Source of the DNA: a virus
Reading direction: 5' to 3' (one strand)
IMG/VR virus record: IMGVR_UViG_3300030104_003613
DNA: 64,000 bases
Shown: piece by piece, positions 43,579 to 53,216 of the stretch
Layout of the letters: each line of letters opens with the position of its first letter
How positions within the stretch are numbered: position 1 is the first letter of the stretch
The notes under the pieces: model-generated
What the model saw: only the letters and a program-made list of their open reading frames with translations
Told to the model about the DNA's origin: nothing
Databases searched by the model: none
Position numbers and translations under genes: made by a program

Positions 43579-45718
43579 AGCAGACCAAATCCATGAACTG
43601 ACTCAGCACCTTTTTATTTAGTGCTTTTGCTTTAAGATTCTTCATAAAAGCAGACTTAATCTTTGTCTTACTAGCACCCTCTTCAACATCCAGTTCAGAG
43701 ATGTTCTCAAGGGAAGCAGAAAGCATGGTAAACAGACTAGTGTATCCAGACTCTTTAACAGCATAACTCTTGACCTTTTTGACTTTCTTGATTTGTTCAT
43801 CCGACAGGAACTCATAACGACGGATGATATCACCCAGTTCACGACCATTACAGAGACGAATACCAATGAAGTTAGTTTCAGGAAAAGACTGACGAAGATC
43901 CTTGAGGAGAACATCAGTGAACCTATAATAAGCATGATCAAACTTGTAGGTGTGACCTGTCTTACGGTTACGGAGATAGCAACCAGCGTATACAGTGGCG
44001 ACTCCAAGACGTTCTACACCTTTATAATCAATGATGCGCTTGAACACTGGCAAACCACCTGATTCACCATCAGTCAAAATTACACAGTGAGTCTTTTGAA
44101 CGCCATGCTTTGATTTAAATTGAGGAATAATCTGATGAAGACAAACAAGTGACTCATGAAGAGGAGTTCCAGACAAATTCAATTCACCAGGAATACTGTA
44201 ATTGACCCAGTGCTTGAATGAGAAAGCAACTCTCCAAAGGTTGAGAATTTGTTTCTCCACCTCACTCTTCTTGACACTACTGGAAAGGATATTCATCAGA
44301 CCGAAATGATTACCAGTAATGTTAAACATACCTACCTCATTTTCTTGAGTGTCAAGTTCACTCCAATCTATACCTCTTCTTTCCTCATCCCTTGCCCAGT
44401 TGTTTGTAAAAGCATAGACATCAAAAGGAATGTTGACCTTGTTACAGAACCAGACAATGTTCAGAAGTTGTTTGACAGTTGGGACAATACAATCACCCAT
44501 AGAACCAGACCAGTCAAGAACAAAGATAAGTCCATGATTCTTACCATCAGGCAGAATAGTCACTTTACGGAACAGGTCTTCATTGTACTTGTAGGTGTGA
44601 AGTTTGGAGCAATCAAGAACACCAGTGCGGGCAGTTGCTGAACGAGCATAAGCATCAGCAGACTTCTTACACTCAAACTCTTTTACCATGTAGTTGATTT
44701 CTTTTTGAGCAGACTTTTTGAATTTACCAAACTCACAATCAGCATAACCAAAATCATAAGGGTCAGGTGTTACATACTCCTGTGTCCAACGATCAAACGT
44801 AGGTTGAGGATTCAGACCAGATTCCCAAAAATCATTGAGTTTCTGATGAACATCAGCGTTAGGAATAATGAAGTGCTCAAGTTTGACTTTAGGAACCTCA
44901 CAATACATGGGGTCTTCATTCTTGTCTAGGTTACCGTTGAACTCTTCGGTGCCTTCTTCAAACATTTCATCAGTGGTTACCTTTGGTTCCTCTGGTTGCT
45001 GCTCCGCAGTCCCACCATAAGGAGTATTCTCATCTTGCTCAATCTGACTGCTGCCTTCTTCTTCGGAACCACTAGATTCACCACTCTCCTGTTCAACTGT
45101 ACTATCAGAAGTGCCTTGCTGATCGGTGTTGGTGTTCTGTTCAGGAAGATCGCCTTTGGGAGTCTCAAGTTTTTGAGCATCCTTACAGAAACGATACAAC
45201 TCTTCTGCCACCATCAGAGCATCAGCAAAAGTCTCTGTCTCTCCCATCATCTTGACAATCCTTTCTTCCTCTTTAGAGAAAGAAATATCAACGAAATTAC
45301 CAATCTTGTAATACAGATTAGCACGGTCAGCAAGATTCATATCGCTGATATTAGAACCTTCCAGACAGAAGAAGTCATCCTCCGCCAGTTCACTGTACCC
45401 TTTGTAAAAGCTTTTAGACAGACCAGGATACCGACGCTTCATCAGTTTCTCAATACGAGCGTCTTCCACCACATTCACAAACTGATGAGGGATACGATCC
45501 GACCAGTCCCACTCATTAGGGGTGTAAAGGGCATGACCAACCTCATGACCCACCAGCATGTCATATACGTTCTCACTTGCTCGCTTCCACATCGGCAGCG
45601 TCAACACACGGGTTTCCACATTAAACTGTGCCGTAGCGACATTGCGGTTCTCAACCAGCAGGTCCTCTGTAGCAAGCAGTCTAGCGAGTTGTGACTTGAT
45701 TTCGTAGTTGACAGTCAT
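43577..45718 (-). CDS. Metallopeptidase-like / vWA-domain protein (CobT-like partner of CobS)
   Basis: HEVGHALYT...NVVEDARIE; acidic linker; LDWSGSM MIDAS, LSGTP, LTDGE. Confidence 0.88.
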   Translation of the reverse strand: MTVNYEIKSQLARLLATEDLLVENRNVATAQFNVETRVLTLPMWKRASENVYDMLVGHEVGHALYTPNEWDWSDRIPHQFVNVVEDARIEKLMKRRYPGLSKSFYKGYSELAEDDFFCLEGSNISDMNLADRANLYYKIGNFVDISFSKEEERIVKMMGETETFADALMVAEELYRFCKDAQKLETPKGDLPEQNTNTDQQGTSDSTVEQESGESSGSEEEGSSQIEQDENTPYGGTAEQQPEEPKVTTDEMFEEGTEEFNGNLDKNEDPMYCEVPKVKLEHFIIPNADVHQKLNDFWESGLNPQPTFDRWTQEYVTPDPYDFGYADCEFGKFKKSAQKEINYMVKEFECKKSADAYARSATARTGVLDCSKLHTYKYNEDLFRKVTILPDGKNHGLIFVLDWSGSMGDCIVPTVKQLLNIVWFCNKVNIPFDVYAFTNNWARDEERRGIDWSELDTQENEVGMFNITGNHFGLMNILSSSVKKSEVEKQILNLWRVAFSFKHWVNYSIPGELNLSGTPLHESLVCLHQIIPQFKSKHGVQKTHCVILTDGESGGLPVFKRIIDYKGVERLGVATVYAGCYLRNRKTGHTYKFDHAYYRFTDVLLKDLRQSFPETNFIGIRLCNGRELGDIIRRYEFLSDEQIKKVKKVKSYAVKESGYTSLFTMLSASLENISELDVEEGASKTKIKSAFMKNLKAKALNKKVLSQFMDLVC

Positions 45719-45741
45719 CGTGCTTTGCTTTGTATATGGAT

Positions 45742-45798
45742 ATCATACCGCAGTCAGAGCAGTTTTAAGATGGGTCCGACCAGTTTGACAACTGTCAC
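45742..45798 (-). promoter_or_regulatory. Early-type promoter with palindrome
   Basis: GTGACAG-N8-CTGGTC and -10 TATGAT. Confidence 0.7.
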
Positions 45799-45873
45799 AA
45801 TAACCAATCCCCCGCACCTGATAGGTACGAGGGACTTTGGTGGTATTGGCTCCGGTAATAAACTTTCTACTCT

Positions 45874-46044
45874 TTATTCTTCAGTTAGAATGTGTCTACA
45901 GACCCTCCTGGCGTTTTGATCGACTATCTCACAATCGGAAATGCATTGAAAGTATTCGGACACTTGGTCGTATTTTTGATCGATGGTTAGTTTTTCGTCC
46001 CACTTCCAGGATGCTAGTTCATTACGAGAAAAAAGATTACGCAT
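45874..46044 (-). CDS. Small Cys-containing hypothetical protein
   Basis: GGAGG RBS; YFQCISDC...VCRHIL. Confidence 0.7.
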   Translation of the reverse strand: MRNLFSRNELASWKWDEKLTIDQKYDQVSEYFQCISDCEIVDQNARRVCRHILTEE

Positions 46045-46112
46045 AATAACCTCCGTCACTATATTATATAGTCATCGTATGCTAACTTAATAACTTTTAG
46101 TTAACTTGAAAT

Positions 46113-47825
46113 CTAACTCAACATTCTGCTAAATCCTTTAATCTTTTCAAACTTCAACACTTCCTCAAACTTATCTTCAAGACCAGTCTTGTGGGAGATG
46201 ACAAAGATATTGGCGTCCTTAATCACAAAACGAATAATCTTAAGGAACTCTTCTGTACCAAATCCATCAAGAGATGAATCAAACACTTCATCCATAATCA
46301 AGAGATTAGTGTTGACAGAGTTTTTAAGTCTGGCAATTTCTCTCCAGGTAAAAAGCAAAGACAAGTCAACCCTCATCTTCTCTCCTTCAGAGAAAGAAGA
46401 ATAGGTAAAGTCTTCGTGAATCGGAGTTTCAATAGTCTCGTTAAACTCTTCATCCAACTTGAAATTGATATAGAAATCCATCATCTGCAGATAACGATTA
46501 ACCTGCTGATTAATGAGTGGTAGATACTTATTGATAATCTTTGCCTTGACTCCACCATCTTTGAGGAGGTTGTAGATGAAATCCTGATAGGATACCTTGT
46601 CTTTTCTTTCAGCAAGATTATCGTAGGTTGTTTGAAGAGTTTCGTTTAGTTCTGTTAGCTTCTCATGCTCAATACTTTGATTTTCGATTTCCGTGGTAAT
46701 AGTTTGAATTTCTGATTCCAATCTACTGATCTGTCGTTGGAATCCAGTGATTTCAGTATTGTTAGTAGAAATGCCATTAAGGAAAGAACTTACCTCTTCT
46801 GATAGTTGGGTGAAAGAGGACTCTCTCAACTCTTCGTCTTTAATTGCCTGTTGGAGTTCTTCATACCCCTTTCGCAATTCTGTTGCTTTATTTTGAGAGT
46901 CCGTAATTCTATTTACACGGAACGACTCCTCAATAGTCTGGTCACAAGTAGGGCATACCGTATTTTCATTAAAGAATTTGTGCTCCTTAACTATAGTATT
47001 GATACGCTGTGATAGTTTACCTTTAATACTACCGTACTCACGCAGACGCTTTGAAGCATCAGTGTACTTATCCATTTCTTCTTTCTTCTCAATCATACTA
47101 TTTTCAAGTGCCATGCTTGTTTCATAGCGTTGATGAATAGTTGTATTCAGACTATTGATTTGTGTTCTTTTCTGATCTACATCTTTCTTACTTTGACTCT
47201 CGATCTTCTTGATGAATCCTCTCTGCATATCAACTTTGTCTTTCAAAGATTCTTTCTTGAGTTCAAGAGTCTTAATCTCATCTTTCAATAGTCTAATCTT
47301 TCCTTTGACAATATCATTCATCGAGGAGAAGATCTTGATGTCCAATAGATCTTCTACAACTTCTCTACGACTTGATACTGGGAGTTGCATGAAGGGAACA
47401 AAAGTACTGCTACCCAGAATAACAATCTGACTAAAAGACTTATAGTTCATCTTCAAGACATTCTGTTCCAACCATTTCTGCTGATCAATGGCAGAAGAGT
47501 TTTGATTTAGTTCTTCACCATTGCGATAGATTTTAAAGATATTAGGTTTGATACCTCTTGATACTTTCCATTCAATACCATTGATATCAAACAAAATATC
47601 TACATAACAGTTCTTTTCATTAACACTATTAACCAGTTGCCCTTTGTTAATCTTACGGAAGGACTTACCATACAGCGAGAACGTAAGAGCATCTAGAATG
47701 GTTGACTTACCAGCACCATTAGATCCAATGATAAGGGATGTAGATTTACTATCAAGTTGAACGGTGGTCGGTTGATTCCCGGTTGATAGAAAGTTTTTCC
47801 AAGAGATAGTCTTAAAGGTAATCAT
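46113..47825 (-). CDS. gp46: Recombination endonuclease ATPase subunit (Rad50-like)
   Basis: GSNGAGKST, CPTC hook, FSEGEK, MDEVFD. Confidence 0.97.
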   Translation of the reverse strand: MITFKTISWKNFLSTGNQPTTVQLDSKSTSLIIGSNGAGKSTILDALTFSLYGKSFRKINKGQLVNSVNEKNCYVDILFDINGIEWKVSRGIKPNIFKIYRNGEELNQNSSAIDQQKWLEQNVLKMNYKSFSQIVILGSSTFVPFMQLPVSSRREVVEDLLDIKIFSSMNDIVKGKIRLLKDEIKTLELKKESLKDKVDMQRGFIKKIESQSKKDVDQKRTQINSLNTTIHQRYETSMALENSMIEKKEEMDKYTDASKRLREYGSIKGKLSQRINTIVKEHKFFNENTVCPTCDQTIEESFRVNRITDSQNKATELRKGYEELQQAIKDEELRESSFTQLSEEVSSFLNGISTNNTEITGFQRQISRLESEIQTITTEIENQSIEHEKLTELNETLQTTYDNLAERKDKVSYQDFIYNLLKDGGVKAKIINKYLPLINQQVNRYLQMMDFYINFKLDEEFNETIETPIHEDFTYSSFSEGEKMRVDLSLLFTWREIARLKNSVNTNLLIMDEVFDSSLDGFGTEEFLKIIRFVIKDANIFVISHKTGLEDKFEEVLKFEKIKGFSRMLS

Positions 47826-48084
47826 TTGCGTTATCAGGGGGAATCACAATGTCATTTTTAGTAATTACAGTATAGCGATGATCATGAATTTCGCATGTCT
47901 TAATCATCACTTCATCATCTACTTCTAGCACGTGCATCTCTGGATATCCAAGTTCTTCCAGATGCATCGCATATCGCATAGCATCATCTTCCTGGTCGAA
48001 GATATAGAGAACCTGTTCTCCGTCATCATCTACGACTGAATATGCTCCTTCTTTTTCTTTGCCAGCGATTGTTAATATAAACAT
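47812..48084 (-). CDS. Conserved hypothetical protein
   Basis: 90 aa between gp47 and gp46. Confidence 0.75.
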   Translation of the reverse strand: MFILTIAGKEKEGAYSVVDDDGEQVLYIFDQEDDAMRYAMHLEELGYPEMHVLEVDDEVMIKTCEIHDHRYTVITKNDIVIPPDNANDYL

Positions 48085-49130
48085 TAGAAAATCAATTCAC
48101 ATGCCTCTTGATAGGTTGACCTCATGAGACTCTTGACTTTAGATTTATCCAAACTAATTTCTGCCTCTTCAATATATCTATCAAGAATAGAGAGAGTATC
48201 TTCTGTCTCTAAACCATCAGTGTCAACAGCATCGTCGTTGAGCACAAAGTTCTCGACAATCTTCAAATCAGCAACGTTTGAAGAGTACAACTTATCAATG
48301 AACTTCTCAAACTGAACGCTGTCAGACTTCTTACGAACGATTACCTTGACGATCTTACCTTCGTATTCTCTGGTGTCAAACAGTTGATGGTCGGTATCTT
48401 CGTAGTAGATAATTTTAAACAGAGAGAACGGATTGTTGATGGGTGTGTGTTTCATTGTCTCTGTATCAAAGAGATGGAAACCTCTTACATCATTACAATC
48501 ATTCCAGAACATCTCATAGGGATTGCCTAGGTAGAAGACTGTTCCGTTATCTGATCTTGTATGGTAATGACCCGAGAACACCTTGTCGAACTTCTGATAT
48601 AGTTCGCTTTCCATACCATGCTCCATGATGCAACCTCTATGAGCTCTAAATCCTTGTAACTCAAGGTGCCCCATCGCGCATACGCTAGTTGAAGCTTTAA
48701 TAGATTCAATAGAACTCTTTTCATTTTGCTCACATATCCATGGTATGTAAAGTATATTCAAACCACCAACCGTAACCTCTGTCGATTCAACATAGGTAGT
48801 AATGTTATCGTACTCTTTTAGGAGAAGTTCAATAGCATTAATCTCATTGGTATTTTTATAGTAAGCATCGTGATTACCAACCATAAGATCCATCGTGATA
48901 CCTCTTTGTTTTAGAGGTTCAAAGAATACTCTCTTTGACCAGTCCAGGGATTTGAACTCGATGCCTTTTCTGCTATCAAAAGCATCACCCATGTGAATAA
49001 CATGAGTGATACCCATCTTGTCTAGGGTTGGAAAGAATATCTCATTATAAAATACTTCAAAGTAATCGTGAAAGAGTTTAGATCCTTTACGAGCACCAAA
49101 ATGAGTATCAGTGATAATCGCTACGAGCAT
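48084..49130 (-). CDS. gp47: Recombination endonuclease subunit (Mre11-like)
   Basis: DTHFG, GDAFD, GNHD, GHYH. Confidence 0.97.
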   Translation of the reverse strand: MLVAIITDTHFGARKGSKLFHDYFEVFYNEIFFPTLDKMGITHVIHMGDAFDSRKGIEFKSLDWSKRVFFEPLKQRGITMDLMVGNHDAYYKNTNEINAIELLLKEYDNITTYVESTEVTVGGLNILYIPWICEQNEKSSIESIKASTSVCAMGHLELQGFRAHRGCIMEHGMESELYQKFDKVFSGHYHTRSDNGTVFYLGNPYEMFWNDCNDVRGFHLFDTETMKHTPINNPFSLFKIIYYEDTDHQLFDTREYEGKIVKVIVRKKSDSVQFEKFIDKLYSSNVADLKIVENFVLNDDAVDTDGLETEDTLSILDRYIEEAEISLDKSKVKSLMRSTYQEACELIF

Positions 49131-49633
49131 CAGTTACGAAGTTTGGAGTGGACAGCATCCTTGATGGAATTGTACTCGCTATAGTTGCTAGAGTCAATAT
49201 CATTTGCGTCAAACACCTCGTCAAAATCTGTCTTCTCAAGTATCTTATTCTTGATCTCCAACTGCTTCTTCTCTTGCTGAATGCGTCTCAAGAAGGCGTA
49301 GTAAATGATTTGAGTGAAGTATGCGAAAGGGTTCTTTGATTTCTCTGGATTAAAGTTATGAACGTATCTTACACAGTTCTCAATGCCGTCACAGATCATG
49401 TCATCCTTGAACATGTAGTTGACAAAGTTTGGTTTGTATGATAAGTGATTGGCGATCTTCAAGAAGCACTCACCGATGTATCTGGGGATTGGTGGTTTGG
49501 GTTGATCGTTGAGTTTCGCTCTCTCCACCTGTGCGAAATAAAGTTCTAAAGCAGCAAGGAAATCCTTGTTGTTAACGTAATGTTCTGATTTCTTCGGTCT
49601 TGGCATAACCCCATAAGCAGTATTAACGACCAT
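49130..49633 (-). CDS. gp55: Late-transcription sigma factor
   Basis: HYVNNK, DMICDGIENC, NPFAYFTQI. Confidence 0.96.
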   Translation of the reverse strand: MVVNTAYGVMPRPKKSEHYVNNKDFLAALELYFAQVERAKLNDQPKPPIPRYIGECFLKIANHLSYKPNFVNYMFKDDMICDGIENCVRYVHNFNPEKSKNPFAYFTQIIYYAFLRRIQQEKKQLEIKNKILEKTDFDEVFDANDIDSSNYSEYNSIKDAVHSKLRN

Positions 49634-49657
49634 AATGTGTTCAAATCCGTTTCACTT

Positions 49658-49708
49658 ATTATAACAGATTAATCAATACTTGACAAGATCCTATTTACCC
49701 TTTAGACT
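49658..49708. promoter_or_regulatory. Overlapping divergent sigma70-type promoters
   Basis: Minus: TTGTCA-N17-TATAAT toward gp55. Plus: TTGACA(49680)-N17-TAGACT. Confidence 0.65.
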
Positions 49709-49735
49709 AAGTTTGTTGCTTTTCAAGGATCAGCT

Positions 49736-50122
49736 CTAGCTATTATTATAGAGTTTCTCTAGGACTTCTTTGGCTTCATGAACAGAAGACAGATATCCCA
49801 TCTTCCTATCTAATTTAGCAAAGTTACCTTTGTTTGCTTTACGAGTGTAATCTTGATAGTACAGGATCATCTCGATATCTTCTGATTCAGACATCGTTAA
49901 GACATCTTCCAGATTCAAGATGAACATATCTTCTTTAGTTGTCTTTAACCATGGTTCAAAGTTATATCCTTGTACGTTCCCTCTAACTTTAATCTCTGAT
50001 ACTACAATGGGATTAGATACCAATAGCATGGTTCTTCCATCTTCCTCTGATGCTGCTACCTTACAGAAGATTTCATCACCACATTTAAGTTTAATTGTTG
50101 CGTAAAAGTCGTCTTCTATCAT
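49736..50122 (-). CDS. Conserved hypothetical protein
   Basis: YATIKLKCGDEI...EPWLK; between uvsW and gp55. Confidence 0.8.
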   Translation of the reverse strand: MIEDDFYATIKLKCGDEIFCKVAASEEDGRTMLLVSNPIVVSEIKVRGNVQGYNFEPWLKTTKEDMFILNLEDVLTMSESEDIEMILYYQDYTRKANKGNFAKLDRKMGYLSSVHEAKEVLEKLYNNS

Positions 50123-50136
50123 ACGGTTCTCCTTTT

Positions 50137-51600
50137 CTAGTCTTTGATGTCAATTGATACGATGTCATAGTTGAATTCTTCTTGAACGTAAATCTTAACT
50201 CTTTCAATAAAATGGTTGAGTGTATAATTCTTTCTTGATCCGATTGTCAGATCATCAGCAATATCATAGAGTTTGGCACTTACTTTATCTTTGCCTTTGC
50301 GAAGGACTCTACCAATACTCTGCAGATTACGAATGCGAGATTTGGATGGAGAGGCAAAGATTACATTATGAAGATTTTTAATATTGATGCCTGTACTGAA
50401 TGTACCATAAGATGCGACAATGATTGCATCTTTTTGTTGTTCTGTAATCTCCCTTACTGACTCACGATCTTCAGCATCTACACCGCCGTGAACAAAGAAT
50501 ACTTTTCTTCCTTCACTGACATTTTTATTTATGAGGTTGTAAAGTATAGCACCATGTGCTTCCACACGACTGAATAGAATCAGAGTGTTACCTTTTAAAT
50601 CAATTGCTAGATTCTTAATGAAATTGTTTCTTTTTTCATGACCGATAAGGAACTGAATCTCATCTTCATAGGTATCAAACTTCTTGGGTTTATACTTAAG
50701 GACAAGACATTGAATATCAAGAGTGGCAAGGTGTCCCTCATCAATTAATTTCTTGGTTCCTGTTACTTTATATGATGGTCCGAAGAGTCCCTCTAACACC
50801 CACTTATGCGTCTGTGTGCCGTCTAACGTGCCTGTAAACCCATATCTATACTTTGCGTGATGTAACTTATCCATAATACCAACAAGAGACTTACTCTTGA
50901 AAAGGTGCGCCTCGTCACCAATGATTACATCATATTCTTCAAAGAATGTTCTATCTAACTGATAGACAGATTGCCAAGTAGTAATTGTCACCTCATTGGT
51001 ATTAACTCTTTCACGTCCAGCATAGATCCTATGGCAGTGATTCTCTGCTGCCCATCCATAGTCTTGAAAGTCTTTGAACATCTGTTCTACAAGTGATGTG
51101 GTAGGAACCACAAGCAAGATCTTTTTGCCAGCATTCACAAAGAATCTGACAATGGTGTAAATCATAAATGACTTACCAGATGCCGTAGGTGAGATAAGAA
51201 GTTTTCTATTATAACGTAGAGCATCAGACACTGCATCTATCTGATAATCTCTGGGTTTTAACGCTGTGATGGATGCCATAAAGTCTTTAACACCCTCTGG
51301 TGTTACCATCTCATTGACTTCAAATGGTAGACCGTAAAACTTATTCTTTGCGAACGTATAGGAATATCCTGACTTCTCACAGAAGGCAACTATCTTATCT
51401 AATAACCCAACATAAATTCTTTTTGTTCTAATATCAAACAGGTGAATTTCTCCGTTCCAATGCCTCTTGCGATATTGAGGCATGAACTTCATGTTGGGAA
51501 CTTCAAACGTAAACCTATCTCGTAGTTCGTATTCTACATGAGGTTCAGTGTGAATTTTAAGATATACTTCATTAACCTTTTCAATAACCAGGTCAGCCAT
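50137..51600 (-). CDS. uvsW: SF2 helicase UvsW
   Basis: PTASGKS, DEAH, TGT, QSIGRVLR. Confidence 0.96.
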   Translation of the reverse strand: MADLVIEKVNEVYLKIHTEPHVEYELRDRFTFEVPNMKFMPQYRKRHWNGEIHLFDIRTKRIYVGLLDKIVAFCEKSGYSYTFAKNKFYGLPFEVNEMVTPEGVKDFMASITALKPRDYQIDAVSDALRYNRKLLISPTASGKSFMIYTIVRFFVNAGKKILLVVPTTSLVEQMFKDFQDYGWAAENHCHRIYAGRERVNTNEVTITTWQSVYQLDRTFFEEYDVIIGDEAHLFKSKSLVGIMDKLHHAKYRYGFTGTLDGTQTHKWVLEGLFGPSYKVTGTKKLIDEGHLATLDIQCLVLKYKPKKFDTYEDEIQFLIGHEKRNNFIKNLAIDLKGNTLILFSRVEAHGAILYNLINKNVSEGRKVFFVHGGVDAEDRESVREITEQQKDAIIVASYGTFSTGINIKNLHNVIFASPSKSRIRNLQSIGRVLRKGKDKVSAKLYDIADDLTIGSRKNYTLNHFIERVKIYVQEEFNYDIVSIDIKD

Positions 51601-51626
51601 AATATAATCTCACCTAGAGATATTTA

Positions 51627-51815
51627 TTAGCTGTTTAAAAACTTGTGTTCTAAAATAATCCTATAGAAATGATCTCTCATAGCAAGTAAATCTTCTTGCT
51701 CCATAGGATCACCGCCAGACCATTTATTAGCAGCCTGTGATAATCCAGTGTGAATGACACGAACTGCCTCTATTGGCAATTCTAAACGATAATACTGATC
51801 GTCTTCTTCCATCAT
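51627..51815 (-). CDS. Small hypothetical protein
   Basis: 62 aa; WSGGDPMEQ. Confidence 0.7.
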   Translation of the reverse strand: MMEEDDQYYRLELPIEAVRVIHTGLSQAANKWSGGDPMEQEDLLAMRDHFYRIILEHKFLNS

Positions 51816-52246
51816 CCTAGTCCTGAATTAAACCTCATGAATTCGATAGCGTTCTTAATCTGATATGTACGATTACCAACTTGTTTGAGTATCTCTTCTA
51901 GATATCTCAAAGTAGTTTCATAGTAATCGATTTTTAAACTGCAGTTAGATAACTTTTCATCAGCGTCAAGATACTTTTGCATTGTATCCTTGTCCCGTAT
52001 TTTCTTGGGGAAAGGATTTCTTATGTATACATCTGGGTCCGCTTTACCCGAGAAGTATTCGTATCTTTCATGTCTGATGTTCTTCCTCTGCTGCTCTGCC
52101 TTCTTGCGAAGGAGCATCACAGTGTTGTACATCTCATAATATTTAGCATGAAGGATAGGTATATTCAAAGATTCTGTGTGAAGATTATCAGGATCAATCT
52201 TTGAGTCACTTTCCCACATGGTTTGGATTGTTTCCAAATCAATCAT
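51812..52246 (-). CDS. uvsY: Recombination mediator UvsY
   Basis: DSKID...LHAKY...YLDAD...IKNAIEF. Confidence 0.93.
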   Translation of the reverse strand: MIDLETIQTMWESDSKIDPDNLHTESLNIPILHAKYYEMYNTVMLLRKKAEQQRKNIRHERYEYFSGKADPDVYIRNPFPKKIRDKDTMQKYLDADEKLSNCSLKIDYYETTLRYLEEILKQVGNRTYQIKNAIEFMRFNSGLG

Positions 52247-52249
52247 AAA

Positions 52250-52903
52250 TTAATCAGGGCAGCACCCCACCGATTCAATGTTGTATACATCATACTTGAA
52301 GGACACCTCTGCTGTAAAGTACTCCGTGTCCGCAAGTGTAGCGTCAAATTGAAGGGTTGTCAATGAATATGGAAACATATTTTCAAAGTGAACTTTAAAG
52401 TTTGGATTACTCAAGGAATCATATACAATCAACGTTCCATCAGAGTAGATGTTCATAGTTGATTGTAAGTCAGGTCTAGCAACACCCTCTGTTTCATCTT
52501 GGAAATCATAAATCTGTTCTAGAGATTCTGGGAATCCAATACCACGAATCCAATTCTGAACCTCAATGTAGTTCTCCATGTTCTCGTCAACCAAGAAACG
52601 AAGTGTCAGGTCACCAAACTCGATGATCTCACCGGGTACAGGTAAGTTCTTCAATGCTTGAGTAGGTTGAATCGTTGTACCAAGCAGTAAGTCGGGAATA
52701 TTAACAGCATTGCCAAAGAAAGCAATTTTAGGTGCCCTAGAAATAATCATCTGAAATCCAGAGGGTTGCAGGAAATTCTTATCCTGAATCTGTTTCAGTT
52801 TAGTTTTCCTAAACAGAGTGTTACCCCTGATAGGTTGTCTAATTCTAACTTGAGCGGCAGTGCTAGTAGATCTAATACTAGAACGCCTTGGATTTGTTGC
52901 CAT
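52250..52903 (-). CDS. gp3: Tail completion/terminator protein
   Basis: NFLQPSGF, FGDLTLRFLVDENMENY. Confidence 0.88.
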   Translation of the reverse strand: MATNPRRSSIRSTSTAAQVRIRQPIRGNTLFRKTKLKQIQDKNFLQPSGFQMIISRAPKIAFFGNAVNIPDLLLGTTIQPTQALKNLPVPGEIIEFGDLTLRFLVDENMENYIEVQNWIRGIGFPESLEQIYDFQDETEGVARPDLQSTMNIYSDGTLIVYDSLSNPNFKVHFENMFPYSLTTLQFDATLADTEYFTAEVSFKYDVYNIESVGCCPD

Positions 52904-52921
52904 ATCCTTTCTGACTATTTA

Positions 52922-53059
52922 TCAACAGCATAAAAAAGACCCCCCTTTGGGATCAAAGGAGGGATCGTATTCTGGTTCTCTGGGGTCAATACGAGGATCC
53001 CAGTAGTAGTACATACACTGATATAATCGCAGCGTCTTTAACGGTTTACTAAGTTTCAA
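52922..53059 (-). CDS. Small late hypothetical protein (TTG start)
   Basis: TATAAATA 53082-53089, AAGGAG RBS; MKLSKPLKTLRLYQCMYYYWDPRIDPREPEY... Confidence 0.55.
   Translation of the reverse strand: MKLSKPLKTLRLYQCMYYYWDPRIDPREPEYDPSFDPKGGSFLCC
52932..52966 (-). terminator. Intrinsic terminator
   Basis: GATCCCTCCTTTG/CAAAGGGGGGTC followed by T6. Confidence 0.7.
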
Positions 53060-53084
53060 AATTATCTCCTTTCTACTCGTTTAT

Positions 53085-53213
53085 TTATAACATACCATAC
53101 AACATTATTAAGAAACAAATAATTGCGAAAGCAAGCAATCCAGCACAAGCAATTATTAATTGTTTTAATGTGGTACTCTCACCGTTTGGTTCATGATGTA
53201 AATGGTCAGACAT
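53085..53213 (-). CDS. Small membrane protein
   Basis: Manual: MSDHLHHEPNGESTTLKQLIIACAGLLAFAIICFLIMLYGML. Confidence 0.65.
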   Translation of the reverse strand: MSDHLHHEPNGESTTLKQLIIACAGLLAFAIICFLIMLYGML

Positions 53214-53216
53214 AAT

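Noticed and set aside
44996-45694. Long plus-strand ORFs (this one, 23387-23974, 54602-55069 and others)
   Set aside because: Antisense shadows of well-supported minus-strand genes, with no RBS or recognisable motifs.
46081-46110. TAACTT repeats as a Pho box
   Set aside because: Irregular spacing (8 and 11 nt) in AT-rich DNA, and no phosphate gene downstream.
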